Shown: positions 1 through 11,693, counted from the stretch's first letter. The stretch: DNA of 32,370 nt from Neovahlkampfia damariscottae (GCA_016618085.1 JABLTG010000199.1:1-32370); one strand, 5' to 3'. Notes: generated from the sequence alone by a model not told the origin. Translations and numbers: made by a program.

Positions 1-467
1 TTTGCTGAAAGAACATGAGTTTTTTGTAGAAGATAGAATTAAAAAACTTGAAGAAAAAAATGAAGACCTCCAATATGAAAACAAGAAGTTAATTAGTGAC
101 AATCAAGATTTATTACAAAAAATCATGATTGATAGAATCACAAGAAATTAATACAGACTTGGAAGTTGAAGATCTTTTAGGATCAGAATTAGTCACAAAA
201 AACCAACAAGAAATTAAAATGAGAAATTTCTCTCCAATGAAAGAATATTACCAACAAATACACAGAGCAAGGGAAGTTTTAGAATCTGAATATGTAAAAT
301 ATTCAGAAGTAGAAGAAAAAATACTTGGATATATTCAAATGTGGGAAGATCATTTTCAAAAAAAAGATCAAAAAGAAATAGAAAAAACAAAGAGAGTCAG
401 AATGAAAACTGTTCAAGAATTTGATAAAAAACCTCCTGAGGATCCTTCTGAAGAATCTCCTGAATAA
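1..467 (+). CDS. 3' part of a coiled-coil hypothetical protein (5' end outside window)
   Basis: An open E/K/L-rich frame runs from position 2 (LLKEHEFFVEDRIKKLEEK...) and a second frame runs 129-467. They can be joined by a possible 40-nt intron 96-135 (GTGACA...GATAG); a frameshift is the alternative. Confidence 0.5.
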
Positions 468-484
468 AATTCAGTTTATTTGCA

Positions 485-832
485 ATGACATTTTCTGCGA
501 ATGACATATTTTCATTTTTCTGTTTTCTTCTTTCAGTTTGTTGTTTAATTTTCTTTTATTTTGACTGCAATGTCGCGACAAATTTTTTCAACCAAATAAA
601 TTTTATTGTCGACAAGACACAAATTTACATACCAAAAAGAAAATATCAATATAAAATACAGAATTTGGAAACCAAAGCAACTGGTGATAAATTATTTAAT
701 CCAAGAAATTTATTGAAAGTTACAGATGTTGATGAAATTAATAAAATTATTGAACCAAAACAAGTAGAAACAGAAAAACCTAAATTTGATGGAAGTACTA
801 TAGTGAAAACAAGAAAAAAAAACAAAATTTAA
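485..832 (+). CDS. Hypothetical protein
   Basis: 115-aa ATG ORF with a hydrophobic N-terminus and a K/E-rich tail; no recognisable family; start uncertain. Confidence 0.4.
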   Translation: MTFSANDIFSFFCFLLSVCCLIFFYFDCNVATNFFNQINFIVDKTQIYIPKRKYQYKIQNLETKATGDKLFNPRNLLKVTDVDEINKIIEPKQVETEKPKFDGSTIVKTRKKNKI

Positions 833-883
833 GTTGGAAAATGCACAATAAATTGATGAAAAAAAAATTTTATTTCCTTTAAA

Positions 884-1255
884 CTAATTTTTGTCATTAT
901 TAGCGTTGGCACCAATTAGAGTACCTAATCCTAAAGCAATGAAAATAGGTGACAATATTGCAAGTATTGGAGCAATCCCTACAATGGCCACAACAATTCC
1001 AAAAATAACAATGGCAAGGAGACAAACAGCGCAAGGAAGAACTACACAACAGCAACATAATATAATAAGGCCTAAAATCCCACCAAGAAAACTTCCAGCA
1101 GTAGCTGTAGCATTTGAAACAGCATACATATTTTTAAGGATTTCATAGTGTCCAGCGATTGAAATGTCAGATGGATGAAGTCCAACAGGTTCTTTATTTT
1201 CAGCAAAAGCGAATCCAATGAAGATTAAAAATAACACGACAATGATTTTTTTCAT
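884..1255 (-). CDS. Small membrane protein with signal peptide and Cys-rich hydrophobic segment
   Basis: Signal-like N-terminus MKKIIVVLFLIFIGFAFA; long hydrophobic stretch containing LCCCCVVLPCAVC; CCAAT box at 1276-1282 just upstream. Confidence 0.75.
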   Translation of the reverse strand: MKKIIVVLFLIFIGFAFAENKEPVGLHPSDISIAGHYEILKNMYAVSNATATAGSFLGGILGLIILCCCCVVLPCAVCLLAIVIFGIVVAIVGIAPILAILSPIFIALGLGTLIGANANNDKN

Positions 1256-1538
1256 AATTTGTTCACAACTGAATATGATTGGTTCACTTTGATTTTTTGA
1301 AAACTGATTTTATTGGACAAAATTCCCAGAATTTTACCAGTGAAAAATAAAAAATATTGGCGCTTTTTGATCAACTGAGATGAAAAACATCTCCTGAATG
1401 TGCTCAAAATTTCCAAAAAACTGTGTTTAATGTAAAAGCACAACTTTTCTTATTGATCCATAAATTTTTTTTTTTCAAATGAAACATTAAATTTCATCTT
1501 CTGAGGAGTAATGAGAATAAATTTGATACGTTTCGGAG

Positions 1539-1991
1539 AATTTGAAAAACGGGAAAATGACTTTTTTTGATGAAAAATTTCAAGTTGGTCATGTGGAGAG
1601 GAAATCCGCCGTTCTCAGCTCACCAGCACGAAAAAACCTTGATATGTCAATTCGGATTGATTGAAAAAATGAAAAATTCTGAAACATTCTAAAAAATGGA
1701 AACAATAAAATTAGCGATCTGAGGAGAAATGGAAAGAGAAAAAGTAGGTCTAGAAGCAATTTGAAGAATTTGAAATCGGCATTAAATGGAGAATATAAAA
1801 AGTCAGAAGGAGAGTTTATTGGAGGCTCTCAGAGGATGAAGTGAGAAAAAAGTCAATTGTGGAATATGTATAATCAAATTTGAAAACGGGAAAATGAGTT
1901 TTTTTTTTGGAAATTTCAAGATGGTCCAGTGGAGAAGAAAACCGACGTTCTCAGGGGATGAGAATGAAAAAACCGTGATATGTCAATTCGG
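1539..1991. repeat. Two imperfect ~115-nt direct repeats (1539-1655 and 1877-1991)
   Basis: Both copies share, in order, AATTTGAAAA(A)CGGGAAAATGA, AAATTTCAAG.TGGTC, GTGGAGA.GAAA.CCG.CGTTCTCAG and GAAAAAACC.TGATATGTCAATTCGG. Confidence 0.85.
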
Positions 1992-2045
1992 GAAAGCCCC
2001 CACTTACTTTTTGACTAATAAAGTTATGCTGCACAGTTAAAACTC

Positions 2046-2838
2046 TCAATTCAAACGGCTTTTTACAAGGGTCACTCTGTGATTTAAATCTCTGATTTTT
2101 TTGCAAATTGGTTGAGATATATAAAGAATATGGAAACTATACCAAAGAAATCTCTGAAATTTGAAAAAGAAATTCAGAAATTTGAACACAAAATCATTCT
2201 TGTTTAACTTCCAATTTTTCTTTTTTGGAATTTCACATTCAAAGATTGATGTCCGAATTTGAATTTCTGCTGAAATATCATCCATATAGATTGTTTTAGT
2301 TTTCCAAGTATCTTTTTTTATTTGTTTTTCAAAAGTGATTTTGTGCTTTTCAATTCCACATGTTAAATAAACAAGACTAAAAAATCAGTATCGCACATTT
2401 TCTTTACCTCGGTTTCTTTATCATGACTTTTCTAAATTTTTTATTTAATGAAGGCTTTTGATATCTGAAATGTATTGGTAAAACAACTGAAGGTGTTTTT
2501 GTTTTTAAATCCATCGCCAACAAAATTTGTTTTGTTTCAGATTTCCAAGATGGTTTATCAATATCATTTTTGCCATTCAGTTAATGAATTTCTGGTAAAT
2601 CTGTAGAAAATCTTCTTAAATTTTCATATTCATCATCTGAAATGTACCAAGTAGGAGATATTTCCTGTAAAACGTTTAACTCACAATTTTTTTTTGGAAA
2701 TGTCTTGAATATTAATTTTGTGTTTAAAACTCTATGAAAACCAGTTTTCAAAATTTCTCGTTCCAAATTTACATGAATAGTTGAAGTGTAGGCATTCACT
2801 GCAACAACAATCAAGAACAAAAATGAAATTGGTTTCAT
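2046..2838 (-). CDS. PIGX: PIG-X/PBN1-like GPI mannosyltransferase I accessory subunit, with an in-frame TAA at 2581-2583
   Basis: Signal peptide MKPISFLFLIVVAVNA and motif GFHRVL..C..LQEI; the same frame continues past the TAA with DIDKP and LPIHFRYQKP. Intron about 2377-2407 (GTAAAG...TTTAG). The 3' end is uncertain. Confidence 0.65.
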
Positions 2839-3062
2839 TGGTTGGTATTGTGGCAAATCAACAGAGGTTTTCAAAGAACTGTTTTAAATCAACTGTTTTG
2901 GATAAACTGTTGAACCCTTCCTGTCTTTTATTTAACCAACCAGCTTTCTATTTTTCATCCAATCATTCTTTCATCCTACAAGTTTTTCGTCGAACTTTTG
3001 CTCTTTACCAAAAAGAGTTTGAATAAACTAGTTTGTGAAATTTGGAAATGATTTGAAAGTTT

Positions 3063-4045
3063 TTATTCTTCAAATTTTGGGAATTCAACACCTGTTTCTT
3101 TTTCGCTTCTTTCAAAGAATTTTTTTTGTTCATTTTCATCTTCGGCAAAAGGAATTGGTTTTGCAACATAACAATCACTGAAATACAATCCTCCATTACC
3201 CTTAATCTCTGGATGTATAGCTGCATACACTGAAGTTGCGGCACCTTGAGGAATGCTCTTCATAAAAGCACCTCCTAAAGTATAAAATAATGAAGAATAA
3301 TTCATGTCTCTTCCTAATTCAGTATGAATAGTTCCTGGATGTAGTGAAAAAACAGAAATTGGAATTTTCAAATTTTGGAGTTTTCTATTGAGTTCTTTGG
3401 AAAATAAGATATTTGACAACTTAGATTGTGCATAACTTCCCCAAGCATCATATGATTTCTCCCAATGCAAATCTTCATAATTAATTTTTTTAGTTCCAAA
3501 AGTATGAGCAAAAGATGATACATTCACAATTCTTGCTTCATCTAAATTTTCTTCTTTTACAGTTTTAACCATGATTGGAAGCAATTTCATGGTCAAACGA
3601 AAGTGTCCAAAATGATTGATTCCGATTTGATATTCAAAACCATCTTTGGTTGTCCATCTTTTTGGAACTGCCATAACACCGGCATTGTTGATTAAAATAT
3701 GCAATGGAAGTTTCATTTTCTCAAATTGTGCAACAAAGTCATCAATACTTTTTGAGTCACCTAAATCTAATGGAATTCCTTGTAATTTTAAAGTGGAGTT
3801 TTTTTCTTGCAATTCTTTGATTGCCACTTCCATTTTTTTAGTGTTTCTACAAGCCATTATGATATTAGCTCCTCTTAATGCCAAAACTCTGGCAGTTTCT
3901 ATTTATCAATTTTTTTTTTGTTACCTTTTCCAATGCCTGTATTGGAACCTGTGACGATGACCGTTTTTCCTTCCAGTGATATATCTTTGGAAACTTCTTC
4001 AGCTGTTGTGGTTTTTCCAAATCCATTTGGATTTTTGTTGCCCAT
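3063..4045 (-). CDS. Short-chain dehydrogenase/reductase, retinol dehydrogenase/WWOX-like
   Basis: Exon 3925-4045, a 26-nt intron 3899-3924 and exon 3063-3898 give TGSNTGIGKETAR (TGxxxGxG), NNAGVM, catalytic YAQSK and LHPG. Confidence 0.92.
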
Positions 4046-4340
4046 GTTCTTCACCAAAGTTTGTTATTGATGAAAGCTCCTATTGGTCCAAATAAACTAT
4101 TTTAGAATCATTGTGTATTCCTGCTATTTTCCGAAAAAAACTCTTTTAACAATTTTTTAAAAAATTCAACTTCAAAATTCAATATCATTGGTTAACGAAA
4201 TTGATGTTGATGGATGAACGTGCAATGGAACAAAACAATCCACACATTGGAAATAATGAACAACTTTACCAACACAACAAGAACCTACAGAAAATGTCCC
4301 TGTTTATGGACAGTATACCAAAAATTCGAACCTTAAAAAT

Positions 4341-4414
4341 TACCGACATTGGGGATTGAACCCAAGACCTACGCGGTGTAAACGCGTCATTCTAACCAAC
4401 TGAACTATATCGGC
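4341..4414 (-). tRNA. tRNA-Val, anticodon TAC
   Basis: Reverse complement GCCGATATAGTTCAGTTGGTTAGAATGACGCGTTTACACCGCGTAGGTCTTGGGTTCAATCCCCAATGTCGGTA folds as a cloverleaf: anticodon arm ACGCG-TTTACAC-CGCGT, T-loop TTCAATC, no intron. Confidence 0.95.
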
Positions 4415-4514
4415 CTTTGATGTAGGAAACAGATGAAAAAGTGATTCGGTTTATGAGATGAACAGTGACTTTACTTGTTGCATTTCTGAAATTTTGGTTC
4501 TAAAAAATTGGGTT

Positions 4515-5725
4515 CTAATAAATCTTCGGTTTTATTTTTGAATCATTTTGAATCATTTGTAATATTAAATTGACATCTAATGAATTGTTTTCTTGAAATG
4601 TTAAACAAATCTTTGTCTAAAACTTACGATTGAATAAATACAAAGTCAACAATGTTGAATTTTCTTTCAATGAATTAGCAATTGCAATAGCACCCTTATT
4701 GCTAATAAAATTATCTTGGAATTATAACATAAGTTTCTTACTTGAGAGATATAGTGTTGATAAATTTGAATTGATTTTTAATGCCTCTGCTACAGCAAGT
4801 GCACTTGATTCACCTAAATGATTACTATGTAATGATAGAGTATGTATTTTTTGATTTGTATGTAAAAGACTTATGATTGCAATGGCACCTGTATCTCCAA
4901 TTGAATTTCCTTTGAAAAAAAATTTAAACAAAAATTAAATTACCATCTAAATAGAGGTTCACTATTCTTGGATTTTCTTTTATTGCATCAGCTATTGCAA
5001 TTGCACCATTATCACCAATTGAATTATCTTAAAGAATTTACAAAAAGAAAAAGTTACTTGACAGATATAATGTTGTTATAGTTTGATTTGTTTTTAACAT
5101 GGAAGATAAAATAATTGCTCCTTTGTTTCCATTAATTTTATCTTTTTTCAAAATTTTAACAATTTTTTGTTTACTTGATAAATCATAAAAATAAATTGAT
5201 TTTTCATTATTGAGACCATTTTCTACACATTCACATAATTCTTCACTTATACATTTTGCTAAATAAAAATAAATTTCAATACAAAACTGAACCTTGATAA
5301 ATCAATGAAACCTTTTGTAGATAATTGTCAATGTGATAAAACTCAAGTTCATCAATTAATTCTTGTATTTGAGTTATATTTAAATGTCCAATTTGAACTT
5401 TTCCTTTTCTCAAAAAGTTTAAAACGAATGGAAACCATTTGGGATCTCTGTCAATAAAAAATTCATTTTCTTCAATTTTGAAACCTTTTTGAAGCATAGA
5501 TATGAAGAAAGTACCTTTTTCTGAAACAAGAGTATCTTCAAGTGTCTGAAAACAGGTTCCTCCGACATTTAATTTAATAATTTCTTTTGTTGTTTTGTTG
5601 GTAGTTTTTAGCTCCTCTCGGAGTAATTTTACTTCTGTTCTCAATAAAGAGAACTCTTCAATTAATTTTTCAAAATTAGAGTCATCTAATTTATTTGTTT
5701 GGTTTTGTTCCTTACTTGAAGACAT
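4515..5725 (-). CDS. KCTD-type BTB/POZ domain plus RNI-like leucine-rich repeat protein
   Basis: BTB motifs IKLNVGG and FFIDRDP..F..VLNFLR. Exons 5293-5725, 5175-5258, 5058-5141, 4944-5027, 4742-4909, 4628-4714 and 4515-4591, joined by six phase-1 GT-AG introns of 27-36 nt, give 28-aa LRRs (LYLS.N.IGD.GA.AIA) ending in TAG. Confidence 0.85.
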
Positions 5726-5798
5726 TCCGTTAACCAATAAAATTAAAACATCGGAAAAACATTTCAAAAAAAAAAATAAAAAAAAAATTTTTTAAATT

Positions 5799-6253
5799 TT
5801 ATTTTGAGTATGTATCTGTTTGTTTTTTCAACATTTCATCAGTTGATAAAATTTTTCTTTTTTGTCTAATTTCAACAATTTCTTTTTTAGTTATACCGTA
5901 TTTCTTCAATTCTACATCATTTGGTGAATATCCTTTAAGTCTTTGAAATGATGATTGACAACAAATTGCGAAACTACCTGTAGTTTGTAACACAACCGCT
6001 GCTGCCATTGTTTGAGGTCGAACAAGTTTTCCTGTTTTCAAAATTAAAAAAAATAAATAAACTCACCCATTCTCCATCCAAATCCTGCTGCAACTCCGAC
6101 AAATAATAATGAATACATAACACTACTTGCTCTAATATTGGAAACAATTTGTGGAAAAGTTGGATTTTCAATTACAGTTTGATATTTTTGACCTGCTTTA
6201 GATGCTTCATAATTGTTGAACCACTGATCAATAGTTTTCTTTGGTGTGGTCAT
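5799..6253 (-). CDS. Mitochondrial complex I 20.9-kDa accessory subunit (NUXM family)
   Basis: A 35-nt intron 6032-6066 (GTGAGT...ACAG) joins two ORFs. YQTVIENPTFPQIVSNIR and QSSFQRLKGYSPNDVE match the plant/fungal pattern YPV.D.NP.F..VV.NF ... QNS..RL.G..PN..E. Confidence 0.8.
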
Positions 6254-6354
6254 TGTCTTTTTTTATTGAAAACCTTTTTATTCGTCAAAAAATCTCCGAT
6301 ATCCAATTAAATCATTTCGCTTTGTTTTTTTTTTGTTTTGTTTAACAACAAGTG

Positions 6355-6777
6355 ATGATTTACAATTTGTATATTTTTGACAGAACAGGATCATGTGTGT
6401 TTTATAAAGAATGGAATAAAAAGAAAAATTCAACCACAAAAGATTGCTTCGTTGCCGACAAAACTTTAATTTATGGTTTAGTTTTTTCATTATCACAATT
6501 TTGTGCTGGAATTGCTCCGAAACCAACAAATTCATTTAATTCAATTAAAACCGAAACTTATAAATTACATTATTATTGCTCACCTACAAAATATAAATTC
6601 ATACTTTTCACAGACCCAAATGTTGGAAATTTAACTGATTTTTTAAGTGATCTTTATAGTAAATTATTTGTAGAATTTGTTTTAAAGAATCCATTACATA
6701 AACCGTTTGGTGATATTAAATGTTATTTATTTGATGAAAATTTAGAAAAATATATAACATCACAATCTTATTTTTAG
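6355..6777 (+). CDS. TRAPPC1: TRAPP complex subunit 1 (Bet5, sybindin-like)
   Basis: MIYNLYIFDR.G.C.FY.EW, LIYGLVFSL, YKLHYY.SPT..KFIL.TD, YSKLFVEFVLKNPL. Confidence 0.93.
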   Translation: MIYNLYIFDRTGSCVFYKEWNKKKNSTTKDCFVADKTLIYGLVFSLSQFCAGIAPKPTNSFNSIKTETYKLHYYCSPTKYKFILFTDPNVGNLTDFLSDLYSKLFVEFVLKNPLHKPFGDIKCYLFDENLEKYITSQSYF

Positions 6778-7006
6778 TAAGAAATTAATAACATAAATAT
6801 TTGATTTTCAATAAAAAAGTATTGAAGTTTGTAGGTGATGCTTATCCGATTTTTTTATTTCCAGTTTCTGACATTCTTGAAATGTTGAACAAATCATCAT
6901 TCCTGATGTTGGTGGTCAAAAAATTTTTATATATAAATTTCAAATCACAATCTAATTAAATCCACTTTCCTTTCTTCGGCTGTATCGTTTTGATTGGTAG
7001 TTAAAA

Positions 7007-7591
7007 ATGGAGAAGATAAACAAAAAAAAACTGGAAGATTTGAAAAATATTCAAAACTTGATCACTACAAAAGAAGGCTTTAACTCACCTTTAGAATTAC
7101 ATGTACTCTCAAAAAAATCAATGGAAATTGTACAACAGCACATGAAAAAAATTAATTTTGAAAATTTGAACATTCTAGAGTTGGGTGTTGGAACTGGTAA
7201 TTTAACAAAACTCATATTATCAAACAATCCTCTGAAAGTGATTGGAATCGAAATTCAAGAGAACCTTTGCAAAATAGAGCACAAGAAACTCTCTTTAGTT
7301 ATCAATGATTTAACACAAGTTGATTATTCATTTTTAAAGGAAGGAGAGTGGGCAATAATATCAAATCCACCTTACTCATTATCACCTTTCATTAAACATT
7401 TAATTAATGAGTATTCTATTCAAAAATCAATGTTGATTGTTGGAGAAAAAAGATATAAAACAAATTTTGAAGATTTTAATGTAGATCATATTTTTAAGTA
7501 CAATTTTTGTGAACCACCAGCTCCAGGTGATCATGTTTTAATATCAAAAGGGTTCAACCAATCAATAATGGAGGATCAAACAAAAAAATGA
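7007..7591 (+). CDS. Class I SAM-dependent methyltransferase, KsgA/Dim1/Erm-like N6-adenine type
   Basis: Motif I ILELGVGTGNLT, acidic GIEI, motif IV ISNPPY; intronless, 194 aa. Confidence 0.8.
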   Translation: MEKINKKKLEDLKNIQNLITTKEGFNSPLELHVLSKKSMEIVQQHMKKINFENLNILELGVGTGNLTKLILSNNPLKVIGIEIQENLCKIEHKKLSLVINDLTQVDYSFLKEGEWAIISNPPYSLSPFIKHLINEYSIQKSMLIVGEKRYKTNFEDFNVDHIFKYNFCEPPAPGDHVLISKGFNQSIMEDQTKK

Positions 7592-8427
7592 AAAGATTTT
7601 GTTCAAAGAATAGAGACAAAGATACAGTAGATATGAGAAGTGGGATTGATTCAATTGATTCTTTAAATTATGTTGAAGAAACTAATAAATCATTTTTAGC
7701 AACATATTTCATGAAAGAAGAATTATCAGATCTCAAAATTCACACTGAAAATAAAAAAATTCCTGCACACTCATTCATCCTGATGGCAAGAAGTCCAGTA
7801 TTCAAATCCCTTTTAAAGAATAATCCAAGAGTTATTGAACTTGAAGTTGGACATTTTGCAGTCCATCATTTTTTATATTTCATCTACACTTTCGAATATT
7901 CAATTCCAAATGATACCAAATCAAGATTTGAACTTTTAGAACTACTATCACATTTTGAATTTATTGACTTCCAGAAATATTTGATTCAATACATTATTGA
8001 TAATTTGAACGAACAGAACATGATTGATGTATTTGAGAAATCTCAAAAACATGGAATTGAAGAAATTGAAAATCAAAGTTACGATTTTTTGATTGGATTA
8101 GGAGATAATCTATTGAATTCTGATAAATTCTTGAAAATAAAATTGAAAAATGTGAAAAAAATAATCAGTGATGATGATTTGTCCATCGATGAATTCACAA
8201 TTTTCAAAACAGTTCAATGTTACTGTTTCCAATACCCACTCCCAGATGAAATATGGAATGAATTGGTGAATTTCATTAGATTTCCAAGAATGAATTCATT
8301 AGAATTATGTTTGGTCCATCAATCTAAAATGTTATCCGACGAAGAAATTTTAGAGTTATTTCTCATTGTTTCTTCAAATGGAAAATTTGGAAAAACTAAA
8401 TACTCAAGAAAACAAAGGAATGAATAA
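7588..8427 (+). CDS. BTB/POZ-BACK domain protein
   Basis: LSDLKI..E.KKIPAHSFILMARSPVFKSLL, FLYFIYT, BACK-like DDLSIDEFTIF..V and IRFPRM. The start may be the downstream ATG at 7633. Confidence 0.88.
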   Translation: MKRFCSKNRDKDTVDMRSGIDSIDSLNYVEETNKSFLATYFMKEELSDLKIHTENKKIPAHSFILMARSPVFKSLLKNNPRVIELEVGHFAVHHFLYFIYTFEYSIPNDTKSRFELLELLSHFEFIDFQKYLIQYIIDNLNEQNMIDVFEKSQKHGIEEIENQSYDFLIGLGDNLLNSDKFLKIKLKNVKKIISDDDLSIDEFTIFKTVQCYCFQYPLPDEIWNELVNFIRFPRMNSLELCLVHQSKMLSDEEILELFLIVSSNGKFGKTKYSRKQRNE

Positions 8428-8433
8428 AAAAAT

Positions 8434-11400
8434 TTAATTTAGTCTTCTCATGACATTTACGACTGAATCAGACATCAAAGTATAAATTGGAATTGCTGTT
8501 GAAATAATAGAGAAAATAATAGCAGCTCCAAATACAGTCAATACAACTTCGTATGGAAATTCAAATGGAATTGGAAGTTGAGTAAACAATACTCTTTGGA
8601 CTAATAAAGTGTCAAAAAACTATAAAATCAAAACTTACCAACAAAAGAATATGCTATTACAGTCCCAATTACTACTCCCATTATCGTTGATGAAATGATC
8701 AAAATGAATGATTCATAAATGTAAATTCTGACAACAGCAAATTTTCTTGTTCCCATTGCTCTTAAAATTCCAATCTCTTTTGATTGTTCAAAAATATTTG
8801 AGTACATGCTTGAAAATAAACTGAAAAAGCACATAAACATTGATACTAAAGTTGTAAAAATGAAAAAGAGTTGCATAACATTCTTAGCTAAAACTAAATT
8901 ATCCAAATCTTCTTCAACATCGTTTAATTGTCCATCAATTCCAAGTCTATAAATTTCAAACTTTAATTCTTCAACTTGTGCAGTTGTTGAATATGGATTG
9001 ATTGAAATATATACATATTTTATCGGTACTTGTTCTAAAGAATCAATTGGTCTCGGTGTTAATTTTGTCAAACGATGAAAAGTTGAAAAAGAAATTAAAA
9101 TATCTTGATCGTCCATCAAAGGAAAATTTGAAAATTTACAACCTGGAGCTGCAGATAAAAATGCAACAGGTTTGAATATTTCACGATGTTCAAGTGTTGA
9201 TTTTGGTCCAAATGATTGTAATCTTAATTCAACTGGTGAATTAATTCCTAACTTCAATGATTTGGTGTATAGTGAACCTAATATCAATCTAGAAGTTCCA
9301 TATGATGTATATAATTGTCTTGCTGGATCCCATCCAGATGGATATCTTTCAGTTTCAGTTAGAAATTCGCTTCCAGTTGTTTCAAAAAAATTTGGTGATA
9401 CAGCAAACATATATTGAGGAGAACTCGAGTAATGTCCAATCGTTCGAATTGAAGTATTCATTCCTGTCAACTCAGCAAATTGAAAACTCATATATGAAAA
9501 TTTTGTGACAATTGAATTACTTTGTAATAGATTCTCAATCTCTCCAATTTTTGAATTGATTGATTGATAAGTAGCACCTTGAATTTTCAATTTCACACCA
9601 AATCTTTGACGTCTTTCATATTCAACTGATTTAATTTGCACATTAAATGAAACTGAAATGAAAATAATGAAACCAAGAGATACAGCATACATAATTGTTG
9701 TTTTTCTATTTCGAATTCTGTGAGCAATCAAATTCTTTCCAATCATTGATCTAACTGCGAAATTTTCCCAGAAAAAGAAAATAAAACATAAAGTTCTTTC
9801 AATTATATTTTCAAGATTCAATGCTAACATGGTTAATCCAATTTTCATTAAAATTAAAATTCCAAAAAAAATTAACAACAACAATTGAATGTTGAATGAA
9901 ATTAATGATAAAGGTAAGAAATAATGAATAGAAAATCCGAATAAAGACATCATTGATCCAACAATTACAATTGTCCAATTAATTCCCAAGTCAGATGATC
10001 TTTCGATTTTATACTGAATTGCTGTTGTCCTTGATCTTGTAGTATCCAAAGCTTCACGTAAACTAACACCCAAAGCTGAAAAAATTGGTAAAATTGATGA
10101 AATTATTGGGATTAAAAAACCCAAAATACCAGCCAATAAAATTGAGTACCCTGATAAAAAGTAACTGAGAGTAACTTCAAGATATGAAGAAAGTACAATA
10201 TTTAAAATGATATAACTTCCTTGACTCAATATTAGACCTAGAATAAGTCCAGGTAATGCATATGAAAATGATTGCATTAATATTAATGAAATTACACCAA
10301 CTTTTGACATTCCAATCATTCTCATGACTCCAATTTCAAAAGTTCGATTTTCTACGTTAATCAACAGTAAAGAGTATATCAATATGATTGATAAACCTGA
10401 TAAAACAGTGATGATTATATTGATGATTAACCCAAGAAATAATGAAACAAATCTATTCTTGTAAAGGATATCTAAAATCTCAAAATTGGCTTGAATTTGA
10501 TTGAAACCAAGTAAATAATTCAACATTGATCCGAATTTAATCGCTGAATTTTGAATATTATCAAATACTGAATCTTTGTACATGTTCAAACGATTAGGAT
10601 AATTAAAATATAAATGACTGGCTGTTGCATAAAAATCAAACTTTGAAAGTTTTTCCTTAGCTTCATTTGAGTGTTGTGGGTGTAAGTATCGAGCTAAATG
10701 AGGTAAAAATGAATCATACTCTGCAACAATTGAGTACTGATCACTTCCTTCAAATTTCCCCAGTTTTTGATAATCATGAAAAATTGAGCTTACCAAAAAA
10801 GGTACATCGACTCTTTTTAATATATCCGTTTCATTTTTAATCAATATTCCAGATTCGGTAAATAATGAGTCTAAATTTCTGATTGGTATAATTAAAATTT
10901 CTCCGACTGTTACATTTAATGTTTTTGCAAGCTCATAAGATATATATATACTCCTTGGTGGTACTTTTTTATATAAATAATTCCATTTCCTTCCAAATTC
11001 CATAATTCTTTCTTTGTTTGAATCAATAACTAAAAATTTCCCAAAAACTTGATTTTTACAAAATTTGGAGACGCAATTATCAAATAAACAACTTGCATTT
11101 CCTGATTTTCCTTTATACATCCAATTCCAATGAGTTGAGTTTGATAAAGTCGAATTTGATAGATCTATTGGAACTTCAAGTGAATCTTGGCAAGATTTGG
11201 CTGAATAAAAATTAGAAAAATCCAAAAATCTAGGTGAATTTAATGAAAATTGACCTGTTTTAAATTCTTGATTTTTTAAAATTTTTGTGTAATTGAAGGT
11301 ATTTCCAATCATAAAATCGTTTACATTCAACCTTAAATCATATTCTCCACTGGTCAATTCAGCAAGTCGGAAAAATACTAAAGCCACATTTTCTAATCCT

Positions 11401-11693
11401 GTATAAGATATGGATACCATCCAAACAACAATGACACAAGAAAGTAATCCAAGGATGTAATTAAATTTTCTTTTTTTGATCTCTAAAAATGTTTGAAGGA
11501 TTTGATTCCACAGAAGTGCTATGGACAATACAATATACTCTTTTGTCTTTTTAAACATTGAATTAGAGATTTCCGTGTTAGACAACAAAGTCTCTTCTTC
11601 TTGATTTATCATTATTCCGCAAGCTCTTAATTGGTGGACAAAAAAATGAAACCACTTCCAAAATATAGAACAAAATGAAACTGTTTTCTTCAT
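8434..11693 (-). CDS. FtsX/MacB-type ABC transporter permease-like membrane protein
   Basis: Two FtsX signature segments (NVENRTFEIGVMRMIGM; EQSKEIGILRAMG) and multiple TM helices. A 38-nt intron 8601-8638 (GTAAGT...TTAG) adds a last exon ending in TAA at 8434. Confidence 0.88.

Noticed and set aside
2581..2583. Alternative genetic code with TAA read as sense
   Set aside because: TAA ends many genes here (TatD, SF3B1, phosphoesterase) and long conserved ORFs contain no in-frame TAA or TAG.
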